This document shows, in pieces, positions 1 through 12,015 of a DNA stretch of 38,517 bases. The stretch covers positions 6,824,407-6,862,923 of the forward strand of contig NC_057756.1 in assembly GCF_004010195.1 (NCBI RefSeq), given 5' to 3'. Position 1 is the first letter of the stretch; each line of letters starts with the position of its first letter. Both the position numbers and the translations under genes were made by a program. The stretch comes from Chiloscyllium plagiosum (Eukaryota). The notes below the pieces were generated by a model. That model was not told where the DNA came from. It searched no databases and saw nothing but the letters and a program-made list of their open reading frames with translations.

Positions 1-519
1 GGCACCTGCAACAGCCAATCCTGTCCCTGTTCTACCCATGTCTCCGTAATAGCTACAACATCGAAGTCCCAGGTACCAACCCACGCTGCAAGTTCATCTA
101 CCTTATTTCGTATACTTCTTGCATTGAAGTATACACACTTCAAGCCACTTTCCTATTTACAGGCACCCTCCTTTGAGATTGATGCCATGTTCCTAACCTC
201 CCTCCACTCCAGGTCCTGCACCCTAAAGCTACAGTCTAGGTTCCCATGCCCCTGCAGAGTTAGTTTAAACCCCCCCCACCACAAGAGCACTAGCAAACCT
301 TCCCCCAAGGATACTGGTGCCCCTCAGGTTCAGGTGTAGACCATCTTGTTTATAGAGGTCCCATTTTCCCCAGAAAGAACCCCAGTTATCCAGATACCGG
401 AATCCCTCCCTCCTGCACCATCCCTGTAGCCACGCATTTAACTGTTCTCTCTCTCTATTCCTCGACTCTCTATCACGTGGCACCGGTAACAAACCAGACA
501 CAACAACTCTGTTTGTTCT
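1..519 (-). mobile_element. CR1 LINE fragment: ORF1 C-terminus (SGNH/esterase-like) and ORF2 APE endonuclease start
   Basis: ORF 265..501(-) has SGLLP...LNAWLQGWCRREGF...DGLHLN. The minus strand of 1-150 reads CVYFNARSIRNKVDEL...VVAITETW. Confidence 0.9.
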
Positions 520-520
520 A

Positions 521-692
521 AAAGCATAGTGCTTTAAAACGTGGAGTTGAAATTTTGAACAACCGCAACAAACAATTTTAGCAATATGTCACGTGCTGAA
601 GAAATGGTGGTCAGGATTTCATAAGAGTATATAATGTATGTATGAATACCAAATTGTCTCCACAGTTTCAGGATGAGATCAACAAAAACTGA
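521..692 (+). pseudogene. MCL1-like pseudogene fragment (BH4 to end of BH3 region)
   Basis: DNA paralog of 4820-4995. Reads GVEILNN...EEMVVRIS*E...PQFQDEINK versus MCL1 SLEIISR...AFQGMLRK, with frameshifts and stops. Confidence 0.6.
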
Positions 693-709
693 AACAATCA
701 CAGAAAGCA

Positions 710-1068
710 TTCCAACTCGTCCCTGCTGACCTGATGTCCGAACCTAATTTAGTCCCATGATTCAACACTTGGTCCATATCCCTTTAAACCCTTCCGATTC
801 ATATACCCATCCATTTTGCAGTTTTCCCAGCCTCCGCCATTTCCTCTGGCAGTTCATTCCATACATGCACCATCCTCTGAGTGAAAATGTTGACTCTTAA
901 GTCCCTTTTAAATCTTTCATCTCTCACCTTAAACCTATGATCTCTGGTTGAGATAACCCTATCCCTGGGAAAGGGATATTGGCTAATCATCCTATCCATG
1001 CCACTTATGACGTTATAAAGCTGCTCCAGGGATAAATTCCCATCGTATCTAGCCTCTCCCTATGGTCA
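710..1068 (-). mobile_element. CR1 3' end fragment
   Basis: ORF 799..999(-) TRDHRFKVRDERFKRDLRVNIFTQRMVHVWNELP is the typical CR1 ORF2 C-terminus. Confidence 0.85.
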
Positions 1069-1069
1069 G

Positions 1070-1785
1070 ACATGAATTTTTTGATACCTTTCAGATCCCT
1101 GAGCAGCTTGACTGAGTGGGTGTGGATAGGATGGTTTCTGCTTGTGGGAGAATCTAGAACAAGGTGGTCATTTTTTTTCAAAATAATTTAAAACAAAGAA
1201 GAGAAATCATTTTTATTCCCTCAGAGGGTTCTGAGTCTTTGGAATTCTCTTCATCAAAAGGTCGTGGATGCAGTATCTTTAAGTATTTTTCAGTCACAGC
1301 CAGATAGATTCTGAATTACAAAGATAAAATTCATTGAATCAATACAGTGTGGAAACAGGCCATTTGAACCAACAAGTCTATATTGACACGCCGAAGTGTA
1401 TCTCAACCAGACCCATTTCCCCTCACGTATTACTTTACATTTACCCCGACTACTGCACCTAACCTATACATCCCTGAACACTGTGGGCAATTTAGCATAG
1501 TCAATTCACCTGATCTGCACATCTTTGGACTATGGGAAGAAACTAAAGGAGCAAGAGGAAACCCAAACCGATATATGGAGAATGTGCAAACTAAACAGCT
1601 GGAATCGACCATGGGTCCCTGGCATGGCAAAGCAGCAGTGCTAACCATTGAATCACCGTGCACCCCAAGGTGAGGTGGTTTATTGGGAATATGCAGGAAT
1701 GCAGAATTGAGATTAACATCAGATCAGCCCATCGTCATCGTGGGCTGGTTTGAAGGGCTGAATGGTCTACTCTTGTTCCTTGTTT
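1070..1785 (+). mobile_element. Older CR1 3' fragment interrupted by an HE1 SINE
   Basis: cagagggtt...tggaattctct motif and tail gaagggctgaatggtctactcttgttcct. The uninterrupted inverted paralog lies at about 27815-28205. Confidence 0.75.
1341..1665 (-). mobile_element. HE1-type SINE
   Basis: Reverse-complement tRNA-like head (gcagcagtgctaacca), core aattcacctgatctgcacatctttgga, tail acagtgtggaaacaggcc. Confidence 0.85.
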
Positions 1786-1799
1786 GGAACTTCTTCCTG

Positions 1800-1895
1800 A
1801 TGTATGATTCATTCCTATCTTGGTCTGTAAATCATTTCTTGAATATCTGTGAGTGAGAATCACAATTCCTCACATATCAGTTATCTAGTACAAGC
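1800..1895 (+). pseudogene. Possible MCL1-like BH2/C-terminal fragment (inverted paralog about 27710-27810)
   Basis: CKSFLEYL*V versus MCL1 WDGFVEFFHV and versus WWNMSEYLGV in the 13148 copy. Very short. Confidence 0.3.
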
Positions 1896-2008
1896 ATCCC
1901 ATTTGGAATTTTCCATAGGCAATGCCGGTGTTTATCGCCTATCCCTAATTTTCCAGATGGCTGTTCGGAGTCAACCACATTCTTATGCGTACGTCGGCAT
2001 GTCATTGT

Positions 2009-2535
2009 CGTAGAGAGGTGCAGCATGGAAACAGACCCTTCGGTCCAACTGGTCCACACCAGCCAGATATCCCAACCCAACCTAGTCCCACCTGTCAGTA
2101 TCTGGCCCATATCCCTCCGAACCTTTCCTATTCATATACCCATCCAGATGCCTTTTAAATGTTGCAATTGTGCCAGCCTCCACCACTTCGTATGGCAGCT
2201 CATTCCATACAAGTATCACCCTCAGTGTGAAACATTTTGCCCCTTAAGTCTCTTTTATATCTTTCCCCTCTCATCCTAAACCTATGCCCCCTAGTTCTGG
2301 ACTCTCCCACCCCAGGGAAAACACTTTGTCTATTTATCCTATCCATACCCCTCATGATTTAATAATCAGGATTCTATAAGGTCACCCCACAGCCTCTGAC
2401 ACTGCAGGGAAAACAGCCCTAGCCTACTCAACCTCTCCCTATAGCTCAAATCCTCCAACCCTGGTAAAATCCTTGTGAATCTTTTCTGAACCCTTTCAAG
2501 TTTCACAACATCTTTCTGATAGGAAGGAGACCAGA
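2009..2535 (-). mobile_element. CR1 3' fragment
   Basis: ORF 2366..2557(-) LERVQKRFTRILPGLEDLSYRERL and CR1 3' tail catggaaacagacccttcggtccaac. Confidence 0.9.
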
Positions 2536-2539
2536 TGGT

Positions 2540-3258
2540 CAATACGAGGTGTTGCATTTTGGTCAGGGCAAATCAGTTCAAGACTTGTAGACTTAGTGAT
2601 ACTGCCCTAGAGAGTGACCTGGGCCTGTAGGTCATTGGTTTCCTGAAGGTGAAGTTGCAGATTGATAGGCCAGTGAAGAATGCATTTGCTCGGCTTGTCT
2701 TTATAGGTCAATGCATTGGGGTTTGGAGTTAGGAGATCACGTTGCGGCTGTACAGCACATTAGTTAGGCCACTTCTGGAATACCGCATTCAATTCTGTTC
2801 TCCCTGCATTCAGAAAGATATAGTTAAACTTGCAGAAAAGATTTATGAAGATGTTGGGGTTGGTGGCTTTGACCTATAGACACTGAATAAGCTGGTCTAC
2901 GTTCTCTGGAGCATTGGAGGCTGAGGGGTGAACTGATAGTTTATAAAGTCATGAAGAGCATGGATAGGGTGAATAGACAAGATCTTTTTCTCAAGTTCGG
3001 GGAGTCCAAAACTGGAGGGACCTAAGAGATAGATTTTTCACACCGAGGGTGGTGCTTGTATGGAGTGAGCTGCCAGAGCAAGTGTTGGAGGCCTGTACAA
3101 TGACAGCATTTAACAGGCATTTGGGTGGGGAGATAAATAGGAAGGGTTGAGAAGGAGATGATCCGAATGTTGGCAAATGGGATTAGATTAAATCAGGATA
3201 TCTGGTCAGAATGGAAGAGTTGCACCAAAGGATCTATTTCCATGCTGTACAACTCGTC
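2540..3258 (+). mobile_element. CR1 3' fragment
   Basis: Begins gaggtgttgcattttgg (EVLHFG) and ends in CR1 tail tttccatgctgtacaactc. Confidence 0.85.
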
Positions 3259-3259
3259 T

Positions 3260-3865
3260 GTAAAAATGGTGATATGGTTCCAAGTCAGTGTGCTGCGTGT
3301 CTTTGAATTGAGATTCTAGCTTATTTGGTGCTGATTCTTTTCTTTTGCTTCCCCTGACCGTCTAGGCTCTGGGTTGGGGAGGTGTTTAAGGAGGAGTCTT
3401 GCATTGCATCTTGTCCCAGTGCTATTACAGGCATGTTAGATGGGTTCAGGACAATTGCAATATCCTGTGCCTTCAGACATTCCTTGGTGTCACATGGACC
3501 GAATCAAATTGGTTATTGGCTGACATTCATGATGATGGGAATCTCGTGGGGGAGACTGGGATGGATCACCCACTTGGCACTTCTGGCTGAAGATGTTGCA
3601 GATGCTTCAGCCTCATCTTTTGGACCTGATGGGTTGGTATCCTCCAGGCAATGAGGTTGGAGGTGATTGACCTCCTCCAATTATGTATTTAATTGTCCAC
3701 CACCAGTCACAGCTGAATTTGGAACGACTGTGTAGGATTACTTAACCCTGCTTGTTGTGTGTTGATTTCCCACAGTTGAGCAACCCTGTGTCGTGTTCAT
3801 TAGTAAATTAACTCCTTGTTGTGAGTATGTTTGGTGTTGCTCTGTGGTAGCCCTCCTGCACTTCT
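3260..3865 (-). mobile_element. Degenerate fragment of a second LINE family (CR1/L2 group), repeated in the window
   Basis: Same sequence recurs at about 12079-12440, 26400-26895, 35800-36135 and 38366-38517. LINE origin and strand are inferred from resemblance only. Confidence 0.5.
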
Positions 3866-3892
3866 TATTTGAAGCGATTTGATAACGCCAAC

Positions 3893-4804
3893 ACAGTCAG
3901 TTCTTCTATCACGCAATGGTTACATTCATCATAGAGAGGTACAGCTCAGAATCAGACGCTTCACTCCAACTTGTCCATGCTGACCAGATATCCTAACCTA
4001 ATCTAATCCCATTTGTCAACACTTCGCCCATTTCCCTCTCAACTCTACCTATTCATGTATGCAACCAGATCCCTTTTAAATTTTGTAATTGTACTAACCT
4101 CCACCAATTCCTCCGGCAGCTCATTCCATGTGCGCACCCACTGCATGAAAATGTTGCCACTTCGGTTCCTTTAAAATCTTTCTCCTCTCACCCTAAACCT
4201 ATGCCCTCTAGCTCTGGACACCCCACCCCACGGAAAAGACCTTATCTGTTTTTCCTATCCATGCCCCTCATGATTTTACAAACTTCAAGAAGGTCTTTCC
4301 TCAGCCTCTGACGCTCCAGGGGAAACAGCCCCAGCCTATTCAGCCTTTCCCTATTTCTCAAATCATCCAACCCTGGCAACATCCTTGTCAATGTTTTCTG
4401 AGCCCTTTGAAGTTTCACAGCATCCTTCCGATAGAAGGGAGACCAGAATTGCACACAATATTCCAAAAATGGCCGAATGAATGTCCTGTACAGCAGCAAC
4501 GTAACGTCCCAACTCCTAAAATCAATGCTCTGACCAATAAAGGAAAGCATACCAAACACCTTCTTCACTACCCTATCTACCTGCAACTCCATTTTCTAGG
4601 AACTATAAACCTGCACTCCATTCTTGTGTAACTCCATGGTATAGAAAAATCACGCTTTAGGAACAGCACTGAATGTGTTGGTGCCAATCGGTGCAGCCAA
4701 CACACACTTTAAAACTTTACACTGTAGAAAGTGTCCCCAATTCTTCAATCGTGTGAGAGTGAAATCGCGTTGATGAAACACTTGTTATAACAGAACAAAC
4801 AGTA
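3893..4804. mobile_element. MITE (Tc1/mariner-pogo type) split by a CR1 3' fragment (3928-4618, minus strand)
   Basis: Left end cagtcagttcttctatcacg at 3894 and right end gttataacagaacaaacagta at 4804 match the intact MITE at 17858-18073. cattc flanks the insert (3923-3927 and 4619-4623). Insert ORF 4242..4592 is CR1 RT C-terminus. Confidence 0.85.
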
Positions 4805-5345
4805 ATTGGTCCCTGAGGGAATAGTGATTTTAAAAAGGAAATCAATTGAGATTTTGGGCAGAAAAAGAACAAACAGTTTGAAGAAATGGTGGTGAGGAAT
4901 TGTTAAGAGTTTGATGCACCACTAATATACCTGCATAATCCATATATTAATATCAAATTCCCTCCACAGTTTAAAGATCAGGTCATCAAAAAGTGAAACA
5001 CAGAAAGCATTGCAGAATCTCAACAGATCTGGCAGCATCTGTGGAGAGAGAAACTCCGTTAACATTGAGTCTAATGTGGTTCGTCTTCATGACATCAAAA
5101 ACGGAACAATTTGACAGCCTTGTTAAGTACAAGGCATTTGGTGATCCACAGTGTCACTAACACCTGAAGGGAGCTGTGGCATGGGGAAGGCTTTCACTAA
5201 GAAACCCGTGGGATCTGTCTTGACGACATCTATCACCTGACTTGTCTGTTACTTGTGTTTGCCTCATGCTAATTTTGATAACGTAGAACATGTAACATGG
5301 CAATCTTTCCTTTTGTGTGTTTCTCAAGGATTTTTTTCCAGATTT
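4805..5345 (+). pseudogene. mcl1: MCL1-like processed pseudogene (BH4-BH3-BH1-BH2), interrupted at about 4995-5090
   Basis: LKRKSIEILGR (4830-4862) versus LYRQSLEIISR. PQFKDQVIK versus AFQGMLRK. DIKN/EQFDSLVKY from 5091 versus DIKNEDDVKSLSRV. DNA paralog of 30230-30530. Confidence 0.8.
4995..5090. mobile_element. Short Penelope-like terminal remnant
   Basis: cagatctggcagcatctgtggagagagaaac...gttaac resembles the caggcagcatc segment of the other PLE ends in this window. It interrupts the MCL1-like frame. Confidence 0.5.
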
Positions 5346-5352
5346 TTTTCCA

Positions 5353-8300
5353 GGGGACTAATATATATTTGCAGGGAGATTTGCTAGAGCTGCTCGGGAG
5401 GGTTTAAACCAGCAATTTTGGGTGATGGGAGACCCAGGGGAATATTGAGGAAAGAAATCAATCTGAGACTGGTACAGTTGGGAAAAGGAGCGAGTAAAAC
5501 ACTCAGGGCAAACAGGAGAAAAAGCAGAACAAAGTCAGACTGATAAATTAAACTGCATTTGTTTCAATGCAAGAGGCCGAACAGGGAAGGCAGATGAACT
5601 CATGGCATGGTTAGGAACGTGGGAATGGGATATCATAGCAATTACAGAGACGTGGCTTGGGGATGGACAGGATTGGCAGCTTAATGTTCCAGGATACAAA
5701 TGCTATAGGAAGAACAGAAAGGGGAATGAGAGAGGAGGTGATGTAGCCTTTTCGATAAGGGATATCATTACAGCTGTCCTGAGGGAGGACATTCCTCCGA
5801 AAACATCCAAGGACGTACTTTGGGTGGAACTGGGAAATAGGAAAGGGATGATGACGTCTTTGGGATTGTATTCTCGAATCCCCCAATAGTCAGCGGGAAA
5901 TTGAGAAACAAATCTGTCAGGAGATCTCAGTTATCTGTAAGAATAATAGTGTCGTTATGGTAGGGGAGTTTAACTTTCCAAACATAGACGGGGACTGCCA
6001 AAGTGTTAAGGGTTTCAATAGAGAGGAATTTGATAAGAGTGTACAAGAAAATTTTGTGATTCAGAATATGGATGTACCGACTCGAGAAGCTGCAAAACTT
6101 GACCTCTTCTTGGGAAATAAGGCAGGGCAGGTGATTGTGGGGTAGCACATTGGGGTCAGTGACTATAAATATGTTTAAAAATAAATTAGTGATGGAAAAG
6201 GATAAACCGCACCTAAAAGTTGAAGTTCTAAATTGGAGGATGGCCAATTTTGATGGTATGACACAAGAACTTTAAAACGTTGAGTGGGAGCATATTTTAG
6301 CAGATATAGGGACAGCTGGAAAATGGGAAGCCTTCAAAAATGAGAGAAGAAGAGACCAAGGACAGTATATTCCCATTCGGGTGAAATGCAAGGCTGGTTG
6401 GCGTCGCGAATGCTGAATGACTAGAGAAATTGAGTTTTTGCTGAAGGAAAAGTCATAAACAAGTGTCAGGTATAGACAGCTGTGATCGAGTCAATCCTGA
6501 AAAGAGTATAAAAAAGAGTATAAAATAAAAGGAGTATACTGATGACAGAAATCAGGAGGGCAAAAAGGGGACATGAGATAACTGTGGCAAATAAGGTTAA
6601 GGAGAATCCAAGGGGATTTTAAAAATATATTAAGGACAAAAGGGTAACTAAAGAGAGAATAGGGCCCCTTCTAGATCAGCAAGAGAGCCTACATGTGAAA
6701 CTGCAGGAGTTGGGGAGATGCTAAATGAGTATTTTGCATCGGTGTTTACTGTGGAGAAGGACATGGAAAATATAGAATGTCGGGAAATAGATGGTGACAT
6801 TTTGAAAAATGTTCATATTACAGAGGAGGAGTTGCTGGATGTCTTAAAATGCATCAAAGTGGGTAGATCCCCAGGACCTGATCAGGTGTACCCCAGAACA
6901 CTGTGCAAAACTAGGCAAATGATTGCTGGGCAGTTTGCTGAGATGTTTGGATCATCAGTAGTCACAGGTGAGATACCGGAAGACTGGAGGTTGGCTAACG
7001 TGGTGCCACTATTTAAGGAAGATTGATAAGGAAAAATCAGGGAAGTTTTAACCAGTGAGCCTGACATCGGTGGTGGGCAGGTTTTTGGAGAGTCCTGAGG
7101 AACAGGATTTACATGCATTTGGAATTGCAAGGACTGATTAAGAATAGTCAACATAGCTTTGTGCGTGACAAATCATGTCTCATGAACTTGATCACATTTT
7201 GTGAAAAAGAAACAAAGAGGATTGATGATGGCAAAGCAGTGGATGGGATCTACGTGGAATTCAGTAAGGCATTCAACAAGGTTCCTCATGGGTGACTGGT
7301 TAACAAGGTTTTATCTCATGTACCACAGGGTGAACTGGCCACTTGGATACAGTGCTGACTTGAAGGTGGAAGACGGAGGGTTGCTTTTCAGACTGGAGGC
7401 CTGTGACCAGTGCTGTGCTAGAAGGATTGATGCTCGGTTCACCGCTTTTCATCATTTATATAACTCATTTGGATGCGAACACACAAAGAATAGTTAGTAA
7501 GTTTGCAGATGACACCAAAATTGGAGGTGTCGTGGACAGCAACAAAGGTTACCTCTGAGAACGATGGGGTCTGAATCAGATGGAACAATGGGCTGAGGAA
7601 TGGCAGGTGGAGTTTAATTTAGATAAATGTGAAGGGCTGCATTTTGGGAAGGCAAATCAGGGCAGGACTTATTCATTCAATGGTAGGTCCTCGGGAGTGT
7701 TGCTGAACAAAGAGACCTTGGAGTGCAGGTTCATAGTTCCTTGAAAATAGAGTTGCGAGTACATAGGATAATAAAGAAGGTGTTTGTTAAATGTTCCTTT
7801 ACTGGTCAGAGCATTGCATATAGGAGTTGTGAGGTCATGTTGCAGCTGTACAGGACATTGGTCAGGCCACTTTTGGAATACTGTTGGAGGATTTGAGCTA
7901 CAGCGAGAGGCTGAATAGGCTGGGGCTGTTTTCTATGGAACGTTGGAGGCTGAGGGGTGATCTTATAGAGGTTTATAAAATCAAATGGGGCAACTTTTTC
8001 AGGTAGAGGATAGTGTGTGAATGGAATGAGCTACCAGAGGAAGTGGTGGAGGCTGGTACAATAGCAACATTTAAAAGCAGCACGGTGGCACAATGGTTAG
8101 CACTGCTGCCTCACAGCGCCAGAGACCCAGGTTCAATTCCCGTCTCAGGTGACTCTCTCTGTGGAGTTTGCACACGTGTCTGCGTGGGTTTCCTCTGGGT
8201 GCTCAGGTTTCCTCCCACAATCCAAAAATATGCAGATTAGGTGAATTGGCCATGCTAAATTGCCTGTAAGGTTAGATGAAAGGGTAAATGTAGGGGTATG

Positions 8301-8540
8301 GGTCTAGATGGGTTGCACTTCGATGGGTCGGTGTGGACTTGTTGGGCTGAAGGGCCTGTTTCCACACTGTAAGTAGTCTAAAAAAAGGCCATCTGGATGG
8401 GTATATGAATAGAAAGGGTTTAGAGGTATATAGACCAAGTGCTGACAAATGGGACTAGATTGAGTTAGGATGTCTGGTTAGCATGGACAAGTTGGACCAA
8501 CGGGTCTGTTTCCATGCTGTACATCTTTATCACTCTATAA
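5353..8540 (+). mobile_element. Long degenerate CR1 (HER1-like) LINE: ORF1 end, ORF2 APE+RT, 3' end
   Basis: LNCICFNARG, IIAITETW, GEFNFPNI, SPGPD, WRLANVVPLFK, FSKAFNKVPH, KFADDTK (about 7500), tail at 8500-8540. Many stops and deletions. Confidence 0.95.
8077..8380 (+). mobile_element. HE1-type SINE inserted in CR1 3' region
   Basis: A box tggcacaatgg and B box ggttcaattcc. Sits within the CR1 motif tttaaaa/ggcatctgg. Confidence 0.95.
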
Positions 8541-8544
8541 CTTT

Positions 8545-8900
8545 AATGCTTAACAAGATAAGGTCCCAAACCTTTGTAATTTGCCGTTTCACCCATGTGA
8601 CTAAACATTATTCAAGATCAGTAGAGCAGTCAGACTAGAAAGAAATTTGTGCTTCCAACAAACCTTACCTGACTCATTCCATATAATTTGCAACTCCACA
8701 ATTAAAACCATAAAGTTGTGTAATTCATTCTGAAAGTTTATATTCATTGTCTGTTAACAGTTGCAATACAAAATTATACTAAATAAGAGCAACATTGTTA
8801 TTTCCCACATGATGCCAATCGGACCATGTTGAAACCTTTTAATTATTTCCTTCTCAAAATAGGCAATCTCACAATCATCACACATCCGGCCTATGTGTTC
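8545..8900 (+). pseudogene. MCL1-like pseudogene fragment (post-BH3 to helix 6)
   Basis: MLNKI...FTHVTKH...SD*KEI...HSESLYSLSV versus MLRKL...LSRVMIH...TNWGRI...LAESITDVLV. Very degenerate. Confidence 0.5.
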
Positions 8901-8984
8901 CCCTTATAGGCTGTTGAGTTTCAATACTGAGCACCTCACATGACAAGCAAGGTGGCCACCAGACAATCATTTCAAATATTGATT

Positions 8985-9950
8985 CTTATCTATCACTTTA
9001 AGCATCAGAGACTCTTGTCATATTATGCACAGGCTCTAACAGGGGAAAAGCAGCAATTAGCACAGAAGCACCACGCCCTGCTCTTTCAGTTACTGATGAG
9101 CAAGGTCTACTGCATTCTTCAACACACGGACTCACATTTCACATTTTTGTTGGTGAGAGCAAGCGATGGTTCAGTTGCTGCTTTGTTCAGTTGATACAAC
9201 TGATGTGCTCGGGTTTCCAAGCAACCCTTCCAGGGATGTCATGAAAGACCAGCAGTTGCTGAAAGTTACTCAATGGTATGGTCCGACTGTTGAAGTGATT
9301 TTCATTCTGCTTTCGAGCAGAGATCTGGGGTCTCAAAAACATTTCAATAAATAGATGTTCTGTCAAAATATATGCACACTATTCAATGATTGGGAAGAAC
9401 ATGCCAAAGATATTTGAGCTCAGTGCTTTGTAGCACAGAAATGCTTTGTGGCTTTGACTGTCCCAGTCTTCGTGCAATTGGCTGTTTCCAATACAGTGTT
9501 GTTCCTCCAATTCCACAATCTGTTTGCTGTTGCAGGCTCACATGCTTAATGGTATTAGATACCCTACAGTGTGAATACAGGCCCTTCGGCCCAACCAAGT
9601 TCACACCAACCCTCCAAAGAGGACCCCACCTAGACCCATTCCCTCACCTTATGTTTAACCCTGACCAATGCACCTAACGCTAGTTTTTTTAATTTCCCAA
9701 AAAGATATAATGTGGCCAATTCACCTGGCTGGCACATCTTTGGGTGATGGGAGGAAACCCACACAGGCATAAAGAGAACGTGCAAACTCCATACAGTCAG
9801 TCGCCTGAGGCAGGAATCAAACTACGGTCCCTGGCACTGAAAGGCAGCAGTGCTAACCACTGTACCACCTACAATTTATTGTTAATCAAAAATCGCTCCT
9901 TGAAGTTTTGGCCCATGGGTTAAGCTGAACCGCATTGTATGCAAATGTGG
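8985..9950 (+). pseudogene. mcl1: Near-complete MCL1-like processed pseudogene, interrupted by HE1 SINE
   Basis: RPALSVTDEQGLLHSS (PEST-like RPAV...TDGSLPST), LLKVTQWYGPTVE/SDFHSAFE (BH3), LSKYM...LFND, FELSA/FVAQK, LAVSNT at 9478-9495 (LAESIT, same spacing from FVA), and IKNRSLKF after the SINE (IRNVLLAF). Several frameshifts. Confidence 0.75.
9553..9869 (-). mobile_element. HE1-type SINE
   Basis: Tail ccctacagtgtg, core tggccaattcacctg, head ggcagcagtgctaaccactg. Confidence 0.9.
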
Positions 9951-9959
9951 AAGAAAGAT

Positions 9960-10150
9960 CAGCTATCCTGCCCAATATAGCATGCCCACATAAGAAACAC
10001 AGAAGCAGGTCTGCCAACACGCGCACAACACACCCACAATGCCCCAGTCTTGGACAAACAGGCTAACAAAGAAACAAGACAGGGCCAAGCTACTCCCAGA
10101 CCAGAAAATGCACTTCCCAAACAGCTTTCACAGCAAAGTTCCCAGCCCCA
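9960..10150 (-). pseudogene. MCL1-like fragment (BH1 to helix 6)
   Basis: Within ORF 9959..10333(-): AFSGLGVAWPCLVSLLAC versus VFSDGVTNWGRIVTLISF (ungapped), and VGRPASVFLM versus recalled fish-type VGQEISTYLL. Confidence 0.6.
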
Positions 10151-10790
10151 ATTAGCACTGTGCTCCCAATCCCCGAAGGGCAGGCTCACTTCCCATTGAA
10201 ACTGATACCACATAAGCCAGCAGGCAGACCGAGAGGCCCTGGAAGACTTTGCCCGCAGGAGGAACACAATGGACTTATCTGAATGGCCAGGAGAAGGGGC
10301 ATTTGTACATATTCGCACGGACGGGAAATGCAATGAAGAATCCTGTAGAAGACATTCTCACCCACTCATGGAGACGGCTGGAATCTCCATGAATTGTTGC
10401 AGCTGCACCCTTGATTAATTTCCATTCAGTTTATTCTTCTTTTAATCGATTTACAATTTTCACCAGTATATTGTGACTGCTTTACAATTATCACCTTTGT
10501 GTTGTACCCGTCTTAAACCTGCCAGCACCTTCCATTCGAGGAAGAGCATTCTGGCCATCTGTACAGAGAATCAGTTCTGTGCCAGCCTGGTCAATTTCTC
10601 TTCCGCGATATCGCTTTGTTTAATAAACCGCTTGTCAATTTCACCGCCATCCACATTTGTGGTCTCTGATTCATTGGGCTGAATTTCTCCAACTGCAAGT
10701 TTTAACCAATACTGAATGCCCACATCAATTCTGAATGCCAATTGTCCTTAGCTGACGGCCCCATTAGTTGTCCGTTTCCACTCCCTCTTT
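10150..10790 (-). pseudogene. mcl1: Near-complete MCL1-like processed pseudogene
   Basis: EEKLTR (EDELYR), KVLAGLRRV at 10531-10505 (KALETLRRV), KL*ID (KLDIK), *SRVQLQQF at 10417 (LSRVMIHVF), LLRAKSSRASRSACW (LVRTKRDWLVKQRGW). Largely one frame with several stops. Confidence 0.8.
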
Positions 10791-10794
10791 TGGA

Positions 10795-11125
10795 TTTAAG
10801 AGTTACTGTTGGATCACTTTAAATTGTAAAGTGAACGCTCTCCCACAAGGGAATCAAGTGCTTCACATCTCCCCTGTCAAGTCCTCTAAGAATCTTCTAT
10901 GTTCCAATAAAATTGCCTCTCATTCTTCAATATGTCAACAGGCACAGGCTCACTCTACACAGCTGGCTCCAAGAAGACAGTCTCCCCATACCTAGGAACC
11001 TTCTCTAGATGGCCTCCAGTGCCAGTGTATCTTTCCTCAGATAAGCAAGCCAAAACTGTTCACAGATTGTCTGACTAATGTCTTGTACTGTTTGGGCAAA
11101 CCCTCTGTATTTTGATATTCCATTC
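10795..11125 (-). mobile_element. Old CR1 RT C-terminal fragment
   Basis: ccaaaactgttcacag, ctaatgtcttgtac and cctctcattcttc are reverse-complement CR1 motifs. Confidence 0.65.
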
Positions 11126-11126
11126 G

Positions 11127-12015
11127 GTCACACTGTTAGGTCTATTCTAGGCCCCCAAACTCTCAGTGACAATTGAGGGAGGAGGTATGTCGTCTATTCT
11201 CCAAGGTGTAGAAAAACAGTAAATGAGAAATTATATCAGGGGATATGAACTACCCCAATATTAGTTGGGATAATCATAGCAGAGAAGTTTTACAAGGATG
11301 TCGCTGGTATGGAAGGAGCTAGCCATGAAGAGAGGATGAGTAGATTAGGATTGCTTTCATTAGGAAAGAGGAGATTGAGAGGGGACCTGATTGAGGTCTA
11401 CACAATCATGAAGAGTATAGACAGGGTGGATAGAGATAAGTTTTTTTCCCATGGTGAGGGACTCAATAACGAGAGGTCACGCTTTCAAGGTGAGTGAAGA
11501 AAGATTTAAGGGGGATACATCGGGAAGTACTTTACACAGAGGGTGTTAGGCACTTGGGACGCATTGCCAGCGGAGGTAGTAGAGGCAGGCATGGCAGATT
11601 CATTTACGGTGCGTCTGGACAGATGTATGAGAATGTGGGGAGCAAAGGGATACAGATCCTTAGGAATTGGGCAATAGGTTTAGACAGTGGATTTGGATCA
11701 GCATAGGCTTGGAGGGCTGAAGGGCCTGTACCTGGAATATACATTTCCCTTCTTTCTTCATAAAGGTTAAAGGGGGCAGATTTCTTGGAGAGTGTTTTAA
11801 TTTGACATAAATTCAGTGATACAAGCAACAATGCAGTGCTCTACTTAACTCTGGGGAAACAATTGATTGTGGTGATGGAGGCTCATTGTAGTGACAGAAA
11901 TCACTGTACAATTTGAGTTTGTTATGATGAAGGAGAAAGATGGTCTTCAAAAAGGATTGTGGATTGAGGGAAGCCAGGTTTTGTTCAAATGACGTAGGCT
12001 CTAGACAAAATTGGT
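11127..12015 (+). mobile_element. Old CR1 endonuclease fragment interrupted by a CR1 3' fragment (about 11281-11735)
   Basis: GDMNYPNISWD at about 11240. Decayed endonuclease-region motifs resume after 11760. Insert ORF 11309..11497 RRLRGDLIEVY. Confidence 0.7.

Noticed and set aside
8077..8150. tRNA genes at HE1 heads (also 13464, 19590, 37100)
   Set aside because: A and B boxes run on into SINE core and LINE-like tail, so they are not stand-alone tRNAs.
8669..9258. Minus-strand exon candidates 8669-8729 and 9136-9258
   Set aside because: They cannot be joined into an open frame and overlap plus-strand pseudogenes. Chance splice-like motifs are likely.
9950..10790. Solo LTR (aataaa at 10622, U3-like composition)
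   Set aside because: No clear TG...CA ends or TSD. The minus strand is better explained as two MCL1-like copies.
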